Of a stretch of 64,000 bases of DNA, positions 51,701-63,700 are shown in pieces; the stretch's first letter is position 1, and each line of letters begins with the position of its first letter. This DNA comes from Negaprion brevirostris. Lineage: Eukaryota. The DNA lies in the NCBI GenBank assembly GCA_030324005.1, contig JARDVH010000097.1:66970534-67034533 (forward strand), written 5' to 3'. Position numbers and translations under genes: made by a program. A model generated the notes under the pieces. That model saw only the letters and a program-made list of their open reading frames with translations, was not told the DNA's origin and did not search any database.

Positions 51701-54700
51701 TCCGCTGTTGTAAATTAACTTGATTCAGTACCATTGAGCTCCTTCCTTCTAAGATGTAGACTATTGTTGTGATTCTGGATCCTGACATTACCTACCATTA
51801 AAACAGACATCTAGGCCTAGACCTTCGATTTTCTACAGGTCGTATTCCAGAAGATGTGCTAGCGGACCTCTTGGAAGTGCTCATGAAAAGACAGCACAGC
51901 AATTGCTTGGGCACTTCTGTTGGACAATTAGCTGCATCTGGCATTCTCCAAAATTTGATCTAAATCAGAGACTTTGGAGGGTTTCAATACATTGAGTAGA
52001 AAAGTTACCCAGGAAAAAGTTAAGAACATTAAATCCAGTTCTAACTCCTGGATGCCTATAAAATATAAAGTCATCATAGTCCCAGATGTTCGTAGGCTAC
52101 TCTCCCCTTGGAAGGGGAAAGCTGATTGGTGGTGATTTAACCTAAGGATCACCACACTTCAGGTGAGGGGCAAGATTGAGAATGTGGACCTTCATGAATA
52201 ATCTCAGCCAGTTTGGGAATTGAATCCATGCTTATTGGCTGGGTCTTGCATCACTAACCATCTGTCCGAACAATGGAGCTAAACCGACCTATTGACCATG
52301 CCAACTACACTCCCCCTGACCATCCAATTACCCTCCTGCCCCTGACTCCACCCCTTGACCGTCCAACTAGCTTTTGATTCCATTCCACTGACCATCTGAC
52401 TAACCCCTGTCTTTCAAAGCCACCCAACCCATGCTAACCACTAATCTACTTACCGTACACATTTATCTTCTCCCCTAACTTGTCTGTGTTTTTAAACAAA
52501 GGGACATTTAAATTTACCGCAATGTGGCAACTAGTGCAGAAAAAAGGAGATGTGGCTTTCTTTTTCCTCAAACGCTCCTACACTACCCAGAAGGATTCTG
52601 ACAGCAACTATGCACCACATTTTTCAGCAGGCCCAGGTTGAAAGTCTAGGCAAGAAATGTGAAACTCTAGTGTAAGGTAGAAAAATAGGAGAGGAATGAT
52701 AATCTAATGTGGCTGCCACTCCATGCAGGATTTGTCCCATGATCTTTGTTTTTCTTCTTTAAGTTTTCCTTGCTATGATTTGTTTTTTGATTAGTTTACT
52801 TGAAATACAAAATTGTGAAAGATTTGCACTGCCAGGTTCTTCTTTTCTGTTTTCAGCATCTCACTGTAAAAAGCCACATTTCTCTGGGTTATCTTTATTT
52901 TATTAGTTTCGCTTCACTGACCGGGAAAACCTCCACTTTCTTTCCAGTCTCTGTGAAGTTAGCTGAGTTGACCTTGCATGGTAATAGGACCACTACATTT
53001 GGCCTTAGCAAGAAATGTGATATGTGAACATTGAATTAGGGCAGAATTAGGATGAGATATGATAACCCCTTGCAGTTGGAAAGCCTACCGAGACTCACTG
53101 GTGGAATGTTTTCAACTGAAGTGTGAATGCCTCCCTGGGAAAGTAAGAGGAAAGAATCAGCAGTAAATTTTTTTAAAAAATCATTTTTTTCAAACAAAAT
53201 TCTATGGTTAATTGAAAAGGTTTCAAATTATTAAATAACATTTAATATAATCTATAATATAAACCTTATGCCTGTAGCACTTATCGTTATCTTTGCCTAT
53301 AATTTATTCCGAACTCCATCTTTACAGTGGAAGTGCTTATGAAACGTATTGTATGTAATTATAACTTCCTTCCTGATCCAATTATTCTTTATATTCTAAC
53401 CCCATTTCACCCGAAGAGGACGCTTGATTTCCTATGGATGGTGTCTTGACACATGCCTTTAAAAGACCAGATAACATGATATCTCAGATGGTATTCCATA
53501 TCGGTAGCTCCCTTTAAGCAAGATGACAGAACGAGTCAGATCAGCTTTGATTGTGTGATTTTTTTTTGGTAATCGAGTAGTATATTACATTTTCTTCAAC
53601 CAAACACTCCAATGTATTAATAGCATCAGTTTTCCCCTTCCTCCACCCCCTCTCCCACAGAAGATCTGCCTTGTCCTCACTCCTGTCTTCAGTGGTCTAA
53701 TTTCCATCGTTGTGTTTAACTTTCCTCATGACTTATTTTTCCCTATCTATGTAACTTTTCCCAGTGCCACAGTTTTCTCATTCAAATTTCCTTCCTCTGA
53801 CTTCAGGAATTTGTGCTTCTCTAGCCTGCCTGTCCGCCTCCATGCTTTCATGCAACTTTAAATTCATGTCTTTGACCCAAGCATTTGGTCACCTCCCCCA
53901 AATATCTCTTTTAGCTTGGTGCCCATTTTTTTCTATGATTGTCTATGACTTATGTGTTCTGTTGTATAAATGCAAGTTGTATTGTGTATGTATGCCTGTT
54001 TATTAAAGTACAATCTCCTTGTTTAAACTTTCCTCAGAATTGTGCAGAGGAACTCCAGGATGAGAAGTGCAACAGAAGAGCTACGTTGCTAACAGTGATT
54101 TCATTGATCATGTGCTGTAGTCCCATTTGTGAAAAGCAGGCCTTATTTGCAATTTGTCAGTCATTAAAGGAGAACAAACTGGATCCTACACTTGTTAAAA
54201 AGGTAACTATTGTTGCCAGCTTATTCTAAAAAAAACTGTAGATGATTGTATGGTCATGCTCACTTTTTCATTTTTTTTCATTTTTCCTGTATTAGGGCAC
54301 AACCTTTTCATCGTTTCAAACCTATTCAGCTGACAGCGCAGCACATTCATTTGCATTGAGTGCCATTTCAAAACTCTTCTTGTGAAAATGTGACCCATGC
54401 AGGTGTTAGCTGTTTTCCTCTGTGCATATATCAGCTTCTGCATCAAGGGACAGACTGTGTGTCACTGTGTACTCGAGGTAGCAGAATTTGTCAACTGCTT
54501 CCAGCCAGTTATTATTTAGTGCAATAAGGGGCAGAGATGCAACGCTATGTCCCATGACTTACAGTCAGGGAAAATAAGTTACAGGCATTGGAGAGACATT
54601 TCATGAATCTTTGCAGCTAAATTTCAGCCTGGGCAATGAACGCAGCGTCATCAGTGTAGAGGAGTTCTCTGCTCGGGGTGTGATGTATTTTTGATTTCAC

Positions 54701-57700
54701 TTTCAGTCTTGTTAGATTGTAGAGTTTGCCACTCTTTCTATAACTACAGGTAAGGCAAAGGATAGGAGCACAAAGAAGAAGATGCCTATGAGTGTGGGGG
54801 CTAGGTCTTAGCCCTGTTTCATTCCATTCTTCACTCTGAAACTGTCAGAAGTGGAGCTATCAAACTGTACTATGCAGTGTATTTTGTCATGGAAGGAGCG
54901 GATAAGACTGAGGATCTTTGGTGGACAGCATATTTTTCCTCAAATCTTGTAAAATTCTGCTCTGTTGGTGGTGCTGAATGTTTTGGTGAGATCTACAAAA
55001 GGAAGGTGAAGAGGGTTTAAACCTATTCCTAACCCTCTCTGTAGCTGGTGAAGAAGCAAGAAGAATGTGTCCAGACTAGATCTGCTAGCACAGAAACTAC
55101 GCTGTGCTTCTAGGTGCACTTTGTCTACAAGTAGATGGAGTTTTTAAATATGATCCTAATAAAGGTCTTTACCATGACGCTAAGAATAAGATGCTCCTGT
55201 AGTTGTTGCAGTCGCCTCTGTTGCCATTGTTTTTATATATTGATAATTTTCTTCTAGAACAGACCCTACTTTCCAGTAGGGAAGTTCTTAAAGATACGGC
55301 AATTGATGGGAATTTCCATATTTGAGCAGTTTAGCTGGAATTCCATTGTTGCTGGGTGCCCTTCTGTTTGATAAGCAGTCTAAGTATGGTCTTCTCAAGC
55401 TTAAGTGATGAAGGTTTTTCATCAACTGTTCCATGACAGGAAGTTGCAGGAAAGAGCCCAATGCAGACTGGGAAATGTCCGTCTCACAGAAATACATTCA
55501 CATTCGTATTCAGCCCAACAGGACATCTATTTACTTCTGCCAGTGAGCCTCATTACATTGAATTAAGTGCTTTTTTTAGAATGGAAATCTTGGGTTGTTT
55601 TTAAACTGAAGTAAAAATAACAATTCCATGTTGAGTGGAACTGAATCAAATGTTTTGTGTTTGGTGGTGCACAAACAACCAATTCCTGGAATCGTATAAT
55701 TAATTTATGGTAACCAATATTTTGCAATTGAACATTTAAATGCTGAATTATGCCTCATTGCCATGTTGTTCACATGATTCATGTTGCATACTTTTATGGT
55801 ATACCTGTAAATTTCAATTAGATTCTCGAGACTGTGTCAAAGTGTCTCAAGTATCGTAGTTTGGAAAGCTTCATGGTTTCCCATTTGGATTACCTGATCC
55901 ACGAATGGCTGAGAATGGCAGATTCGGGCTACAACTTGCCTGTGTTTCCTTATGTCCTACTAAACTGTTCCGATCTGGAAGAATTTTACAGGTAAATGGA
56001 GTGTTATCTTTTCTCCAAGTCATGCAGTAGGATACAGTGAAGGTTTTCATCTTCACAGAACACACAAGCATATTCAATAGATGTTGCAGTCAATTTGTGC
56101 TGAATGTTCCTGAAATATCTGATTATTAGTATGAGGAGCAAAGACGTTACTTGAACCTCTCTTGTGATCAACAATGTTGTAATTTTTTGCTGCATATTTT
56201 GTATAAAGGAGCAAGTTAGCATTGATTAATCCTGTTTGTGTAAAGATTACGTTGTTCAATGAAAAGCTACCCTTCTTTAACATTTTAAAATGTCAAATTG
56301 TAGAATGCAGTGTCATCTACAATAATTTCCCAAGGATGCCCTTGCCTAATGTCTGTAGAATGTAACTACTTTGGGCTCAATCTTCCCAACTTTAAAAATA
56401 TTTGGGAAATAGGACCATTTCTGGGACCCAACCCTATTCACTGCCACAGTGGATCATCTGGTTTAATATCACAGGAGGTGACCACATTTTAAGCCACTTC
56501 TGCACTTACTGTCCAGTTAGGATCTCAGGTGACAGGAGATTGATTTTTCGTTTCTCATTTTACGGGCAACTGGAAGTCTTCACTATCCCATCAGTGTTGC
56601 TGAAGCCCAAGCAACAGGAGCAGCAGAGTCGCAATGGAGCCATCCTCATTTATTCATTGATCAGAGGTGCAGTTGCAAGAGTTGGAGCACTATGCAAGTT
56701 ATCAGTTTACATGATATCATGACACCATGATAAGTCTCTGACATGGCAGTGCACAGCCTTGTCACATGTTATCAATATGCATTGAAATCACATACAGCTC
56801 CAATCTCTTGCTGTGTGGCTCCTTCATCTGATGTGATATGGTGCTGACATAGAGTGGCGCACAGGTTTCACGCTAAATAACATTTCTGCTAGAATCTTCA
56901 GTTAGTTGCCTGTCTAATGACCTAAATTGGCTTCCAGCCACTGTGAGTGGCCATCCTTCTGGTGAATCCACTCTATGTAAAAGTGCTCTTGAGATGAAAA
57001 TTCTCCTGGTGCAAAATTCCCAGCCCATCTGCCTCCATGGTACTGGGAAATCTTCCCCCATTTCTATTTTATGTGAGGTATCACTTCAAAATGAAGAGTT
57101 ACTAAAAATTAATGATGTGGGAGACCGAAGGATAGTGTTGGCATGAAAGTATCTCGCACCCACTCCCACTGATGACATTTCCTTTAGCATGTTCTGGCCA
57201 AGCTTAATTTGCATTCATACCTGCCGTTCATCAGTTGTAAAAATTCATCAATTCATTGAAGTCTGAGCATTATTATTTTGTGGATGTATTTCTCAGTTTC
57301 AATACTCTCAACCCATCAACATCTGAAACGTGGGAATTGTAGAGTATTCAAACACTTGTAATAAGTGGATCAGTGATGTTCCCAGTGTTTCATAAACACA
57401 CATCAAAGAAAAATAAATCAGGATGATATGTTTCTTCCTTCGCCTAGAACCTCAGTTCAGACAGGTAGGAAGAAAAGCAGAAAATACCGGAAATATACAG
57501 CAGTCCACCAGATCCCATGAAGAGAAAAAACAGATTAACATTTCAGGACCAGGCCTTATATCAGACCTAATAAATTCACTTATTTGAATGTATAAGTTTT
57601 CTACTGGTCATGCTGCCATAGCACAAAAACTACCCCAAACTGGCAGTCTTAGAGTTCACAGGATTACTGATGTGGGGAATGGAAACACTCACTGCTGATG

Positions 57701-60700
57701 TTGGAGCTAAAGATACATTGAAGGAGTAAAGTAAGCTGAGCAGAAGTGAGAGTGATTGAAAGAATGGAAATGTTTGTTGCTTTCCAATGGTAACTTTCAG
57801 TATGAAATTGAGTACTAAATTCCCAAACACAATAAGCTGTACATATGGTCAAGAAATAAATAAAATAATCTAACCCAAATAGGAATTTCTATCTTTGCAA
57901 GAGATAATGTGGATGCCTACTTTATAAATATTTTTAATGTTGATACCAAAAATTAATTTAATGACCTAATTTTTGCCGATGATGTGTTCTAGATCTTATT
58001 ACAAAATTCTTGTACCACACCTGATGGTTAACAGTAACTTGGAAGAAGTGAAATCAATTGCTGCTTGCATTAAGAGGAACTGGAAAGAATTACTTGCTGA
58101 TTGCCTTCCAAAGATCATGGCTTACATCCTTCCATGTTTTGCTTATCAAGATAAGAATGGATCTGATAGTGAAATGGCACAGCAAAGGGAAAATGCATCA
58201 AAGGTGTTCGACATGTTGAAGGAGGACAATTGCTTAGGGAAGCAGGTGAGATTAACTAGTGCACTGTTATACCTCATTTGGGGTTTGTTGTGTTTATCAA
58301 TAAAATGGAATCTATTGCATCACCCCCAACTATTGAAGAAAAATATAATTGAAGCTTGGATTCTCTTGTCAGTGCAACTTTTTCACTGATGCTACTGGGA
58401 AACCTGTGAGGTTTAGTAGATTGGAATGATGCATTACGCTTCTGCTCAGGTTTGAAACAAACCTTTCTTTCCTTCATCCATCAATTTTCTTTACCTGCGC
58501 AGAGTTTGTTTTTCTTTTAACCCTAAGCTATAGGCAAAAATAATTGCTTATAATTCAGTGTTGTATTTTTTCTTCTTCTTGTTTATCCAAAATTCCAACT
58601 ACACCTTTCTGCACACACTTCCCTACATTCTTGCTGTGTTGACATTAAGACTCATCCAACATCTCAGAACTGCTATTTCCTTTCTCTCTGAGCTTCTTTC
58701 AGTCTGTGGATTTATCACCTGTTCACTCTGAATGAACACCTTCCTCTCGTGAATTACTTTTTCTTGCCAATTTTCTGTCCCTCTACCCCCTGCTTTCCAA
58801 AAGATGTTGACACTTTTTTGGTGCGCTGTATGGGTACTGGATGCAACCTGATACGTTTTCAAGTCACTACTGGGCATAAATCACATATGGATCGTAGCCT
58901 GGTCTGGTTTTTACCTGGCATCCATTCGTTCCACTTGCAGCATGGATCACTGGCTAGTAATAGAGAATGGTAACCATACTTTTTTTGGTGTTTCTCACTA
59001 CCTAACCCAGAGTAAGTGAAGCCATTTGTATTAATGTGCCACTTGATAGCAACTAAGTAAAGTTAGAAAGTTTATTTACTAGACTTATATTAACACTATG
59101 ATGAAGTTACTATGAAAATACTCTAGACATCACACTTTGGCACCTGTCCGGGTACACTGAGGGAGAATTTAGCATGACCAATACATCTAACCAGCATATT
59201 TTTTAGATTGCTGGAGGAAACTGGAACACCCAGAGGAAACCCACGCAGACATGGGGAGAATGTGCAGACTCCACACAGACAGTGACCCAAGCTGGGAATC
59301 GAACCTGGGTGTCTGGTGCTGTGAGGCAGCAGTGCTGACCACTATGCCACCGTGCCACCCCTCTACATGGACAGGGGATTAAGCCCGTGACTTTCGCATC
59401 TGAATCACCACAATACACTGTGAATTGATACAGCTCCTGGAAGTTTTTTTTTGAGCATAGGTCTTACAGTACCCTATGTCTTGCACCCAGAGCTCTCATT
59501 AAAATAACTTTGATTTTGCTTCTCAGTATTTGGTTCAAGTTGGTAATTCACTAGCAACATGAATCTTTATCCTATCAATCTGTGTTGCGATGAGATGATT
59601 TGTGGCAGTTTATGCATGTTAATACATTTACTGCATATCTTTGTTCTAACTGTAATAAACCAATGTAACCTCTGAGAGTATGCAGGTTCAGACTATCTGT
59701 ACTTAATATATTGTTACAGACCCATATTGGCTTATTTTGATGCATCATGGGGAGCGGGAAATATTTCAGGAAATAGTAGATGTGGTGAAGTCATTCCATG
59801 TCATTTTCTTCCAGCAAAGCAATCTTATTTGCAATGTAAATGTTTAGTGTAAATGTACAATTTATGAAATATTGTTTGACATTGGCATTTCTCTTTTTTT
59901 ATGCAAAAGCAAATTGACCATTTGAGCCACAACAACTTGCCAGAGATTGTTGTAGAGCTGCTTAATACCCTGTATGACCCTCCCGACCAAGAAGCAAGAG
60001 ATGGTATTGAGTTGGTAAAGTTTTCTGGGTAAGAAAATTAAAGAAGATTTGAAATCATTCATTGATAATGAGACTAATAACCAGGCATCTCCAGAACGTT
60101 ATGAAAAGCAATTTTTGTTATCGGTTCGAGATAAAGTTTTTTTTTTAAAGAAATAACATGAACCTAAGTTCCATGTGTTTCTTACGAACTATAGTAGTAT
60201 CTCAAGTGATAGCATCCAGGGGACTCAGTTTTTTTCATTATAGTTATTTTAGTTTTATTTTGGATTTTGTGCCTAGTTAAAAATTTTACCTGGGGGGCTT
60301 GTAAGCAGAGGAATAAGCAGAATTAGAAAATATACAACCTATTCGTGTTTCCAGTTGCTTTTCCCAGAAATGAACTGAAGAATTCTGATGCCAACCCACC
60401 CGACAGCAGGAGCAAGCTGATTGAGGTGGAAAATTACTACTAGCATTGCATGGGCACCACACTTTATCAGCACCTCTGCAACTCAAACTAAGTGGCCATA
60501 CACGGGGAGGTTGGAGCAGGATTAGCTTCAGTGCTTTCTGAACTTTAAAGCAAAGAATGGCAAGGTTGCAGTCTTCTGCTGGCAGAGTCTTGCCTTTGTG
60601 TGAGTAGCTCCTGAAGACTCTTGTCTTTGATAGTGCTGGGAGTGGCTGCTGCCATTATCCTTATTACACAGTTCTTGCATCCTCCCTCTCTCGCTGTATT

Positions 60701-63700
60701 CTCAGCAGCACTCTCACTCCAGACACAGTGATGACTACTGACAGGCTTGAAACAGGGCACAATGGAAGTGACCTTTTGCCTTCTCAATCCTCTTACCATT
60801 GGTAATTGGACCACAATCCCTGAAGCAGGTCCTTAATTTGTTGCCTTCTGGGAGATGGAGCAGAAAGGCATGCTGTTACTGAAAATGGCCTCAATTGGAA
60901 GAATTTTCAAAATTTTGAAATTTTTTAATCCTTCATTGTCACACTATTTGCTGCACAGACCACCAGATCTATTGAGTAGAACATAGAATAATGCGAGGTA
61001 TAACAAGAAAACCTTTTAGATATTCTTTTTGTAATTGAATTTAGAGTTGTTAGTTTCTAATCTGTGCACAAAGCTTCTTTATTTTTCAGCTTTAAATTTG
61101 TGGGAAAGATCAAACACTCCAAATTGTCGATTTTATCCACTAGTCCCTTGACTGTTTGGCTGGTTAGAGATGTAAGCAGTCTGAAATGAACACTGTTATA
61201 ACTCTTGTTAATTCAAGGTGTTTAGATGAGGAAACAAGGAATCTGATAATTTTATTACTGGAATCATTCTGTGTGTCCCACATTGGATTTCTGCAACATT
61301 TTTGAATGATTAAATCATTGCTGCATTTTTCTGAAACAGGGTTACATGTGTTCAAAAATGTTATTTTCCAATTTCTCTGTAGGGCAAGGGATCCTGCCCC
61401 CAACCCACCTAATTTTCCATCGTCTGTGATCAAAGCTACATTGGAATACATCAGTAGCTGCCACAAAGAGAAGTTTAAGTCACTTGTTGCAACTCTTTCA
61501 AGAAACCCAGTGAGTTTCTTTTCACCTATGTTTTTCACTTGTTTTTGCTAATAAAGGAAATATAGGGGACATTAACAGTGATGGGATGTTTCTTGAAGAT
61601 GTTATCTGTGTCCTGGTCCATAAAGAAGAAAGTGACAACTGATTTAATTTCACAGATTTGAATGGGAAGCAAGGGATCGGTTAATGTGCTTCACAGTTGC
61701 ATCTCTGTTTAGCTGGTAAGGTAGGGTATTCTAATAGGATTCTTCCTAACATCCCCATCTTTCTCACTCATTTTAAATAGCCTTTTAATTAAGAAAAGTT
61801 CCATGGCTACAAAATTGGACAGAATCCCAAAAATGGTTCCTATATTGCAAGGTGCAGTTGACCCATTCCAGTTGTTCCTGATATAGGCAGCAGCCAAATT
61901 TCATGCTGCCTGCTGATTTGCGTGAAAACTGTGTGTAGCCAGAGCTAAATAAGGTGATAAGTGGCAGGGGGCCCAAATTTGGACAATGTTGCACTAGTTG
62001 AAACTAGCCTGTACTACTTAAAGCCAGCCTGCACCTTTTAAAGGAGAAGTGAGTATTGACTGGAACAAGTGCTGGAACTGGTTGTATAACAACAGTGTGG
62101 CAGGAAGAATGCTGCACAATAGCAGAGAACATGCACCAAGGTTCCTGTTCAGCTGGAAGCCTTGGTAAAGGAGATAGCCAGAAGGCTGTCCATACAACTG
62201 CAAAGACAATAGGGCTGATAACTATGATGGGTAGTGCCAGGAATCAAGCCCTGTGAATCTGGATGCTATGTCGCAGGAAGATCAATCAAATGTTCGTGGT
62301 CAGTGAATTCTTCTTCAATGCCAAATCGCATTAGTTGCTCCATTACACTCGCACTGTTCAATGCATCACATTCCCCATTGCTTGACACTGGAGAGGAACT
62401 TGCAAGTGGGGGTGGGAGGAGTGTTAGTGGGGGAGGAGGAAGATTGACATGATCCATGTCAGTACAAACGACGTAAATAGGAAAGAAGTTGATCTTGGGG
62501 ATTATGAGCTGCAAGGGGCTAAATTAGAAAGGAGAGCCACAAAAGTAATAAACTCTGGATTACTACGTGAACCATGAGCAAATTGGCATGGGATAAATAA
62601 CAAGAGAGTTAAATGCATGGTGTCAGAGCAATGGATTTTGATTCATGGGCACTCGCACTGTACTGGAGAAAGTGGGAGTTTCATTATTGGAATGATTTTC
62701 ACTTGAACAATGCTGAGATGAGTGTTCTGGCAAGTCATATAATTAAGTCGGTACAGACAGCTTTAAATACTGAGGGAGCAAGGATCATGTGAGGTGAGAT
62801 GTAGTAAACTTTAGAAAAAAGACACGACAATAGGCAGGGTAGCAATATGGGTAATGATAACTCAGAAAGGGTATAGCACACAAACTAAAATACGCATCAG
62901 CAAAAAGGCAGAATTTGCAAAAGTACAAGAACAGACTAAAAGGCTCTGTATCTGAATGCATGCAGCATTGTGACAAAACAGATGAATTGAAATAGAAATA
63001 AATATGTATGACATGATAATCATTACTGAGACATGAATGAAAGGTGACCCAAGACTGCAATCTAAATATTCAAGGGGGTTTGACATTTTGAAAAGGCAAG
63101 AAGATAGGAAAGGTGGTGGGGAATGACATTAGTACAAAAGTGAGAGATTAGTTGATAAGACCAAGATATCGAATCTGTTTTGGAGGAGATAAGATATATC
63201 AAAGATAAGAAATCAGTTGTAATAGTTTATAGGCCCCCTAACTGTAGCTACGTCTTAGGAAGAGCGTACAGGAAGAAATCATGAGGGTTTGTTAGAAGGT
63301 ACTGCAATAATCATGAATGATTTTAATCTCTTTATAAGATAAATCAGGTTGGCAAAGTTGGTGTGAGAGATCATTTCACAGAGTATGTCCACAACAGTTA
63401 GAGCAGTACATTCTAATGCTCAGCAGGAAGCAGGCTATCTTAGACCTAGTAATGTGCAATGAAACAGGATTAACAATCTCATAATAAGGGAGCCTCTGGG
63501 CAATAACATGATAGAATTTCACATTCAGTTTGCCATTTTAGACACCTGGAGTTCTAAGTTTCTGAAATGTGTCGTCACCAGGATTCAATCCAAAAAATCT
63601 TGCTAGCAATTTCTAAAAAAGCAGCAGATAACAGCAGTGCCTATGAAAAACATCGAATCCTGATGATGTATCGTTTGTTTGTAAACTTGCTGCTGAAAGA

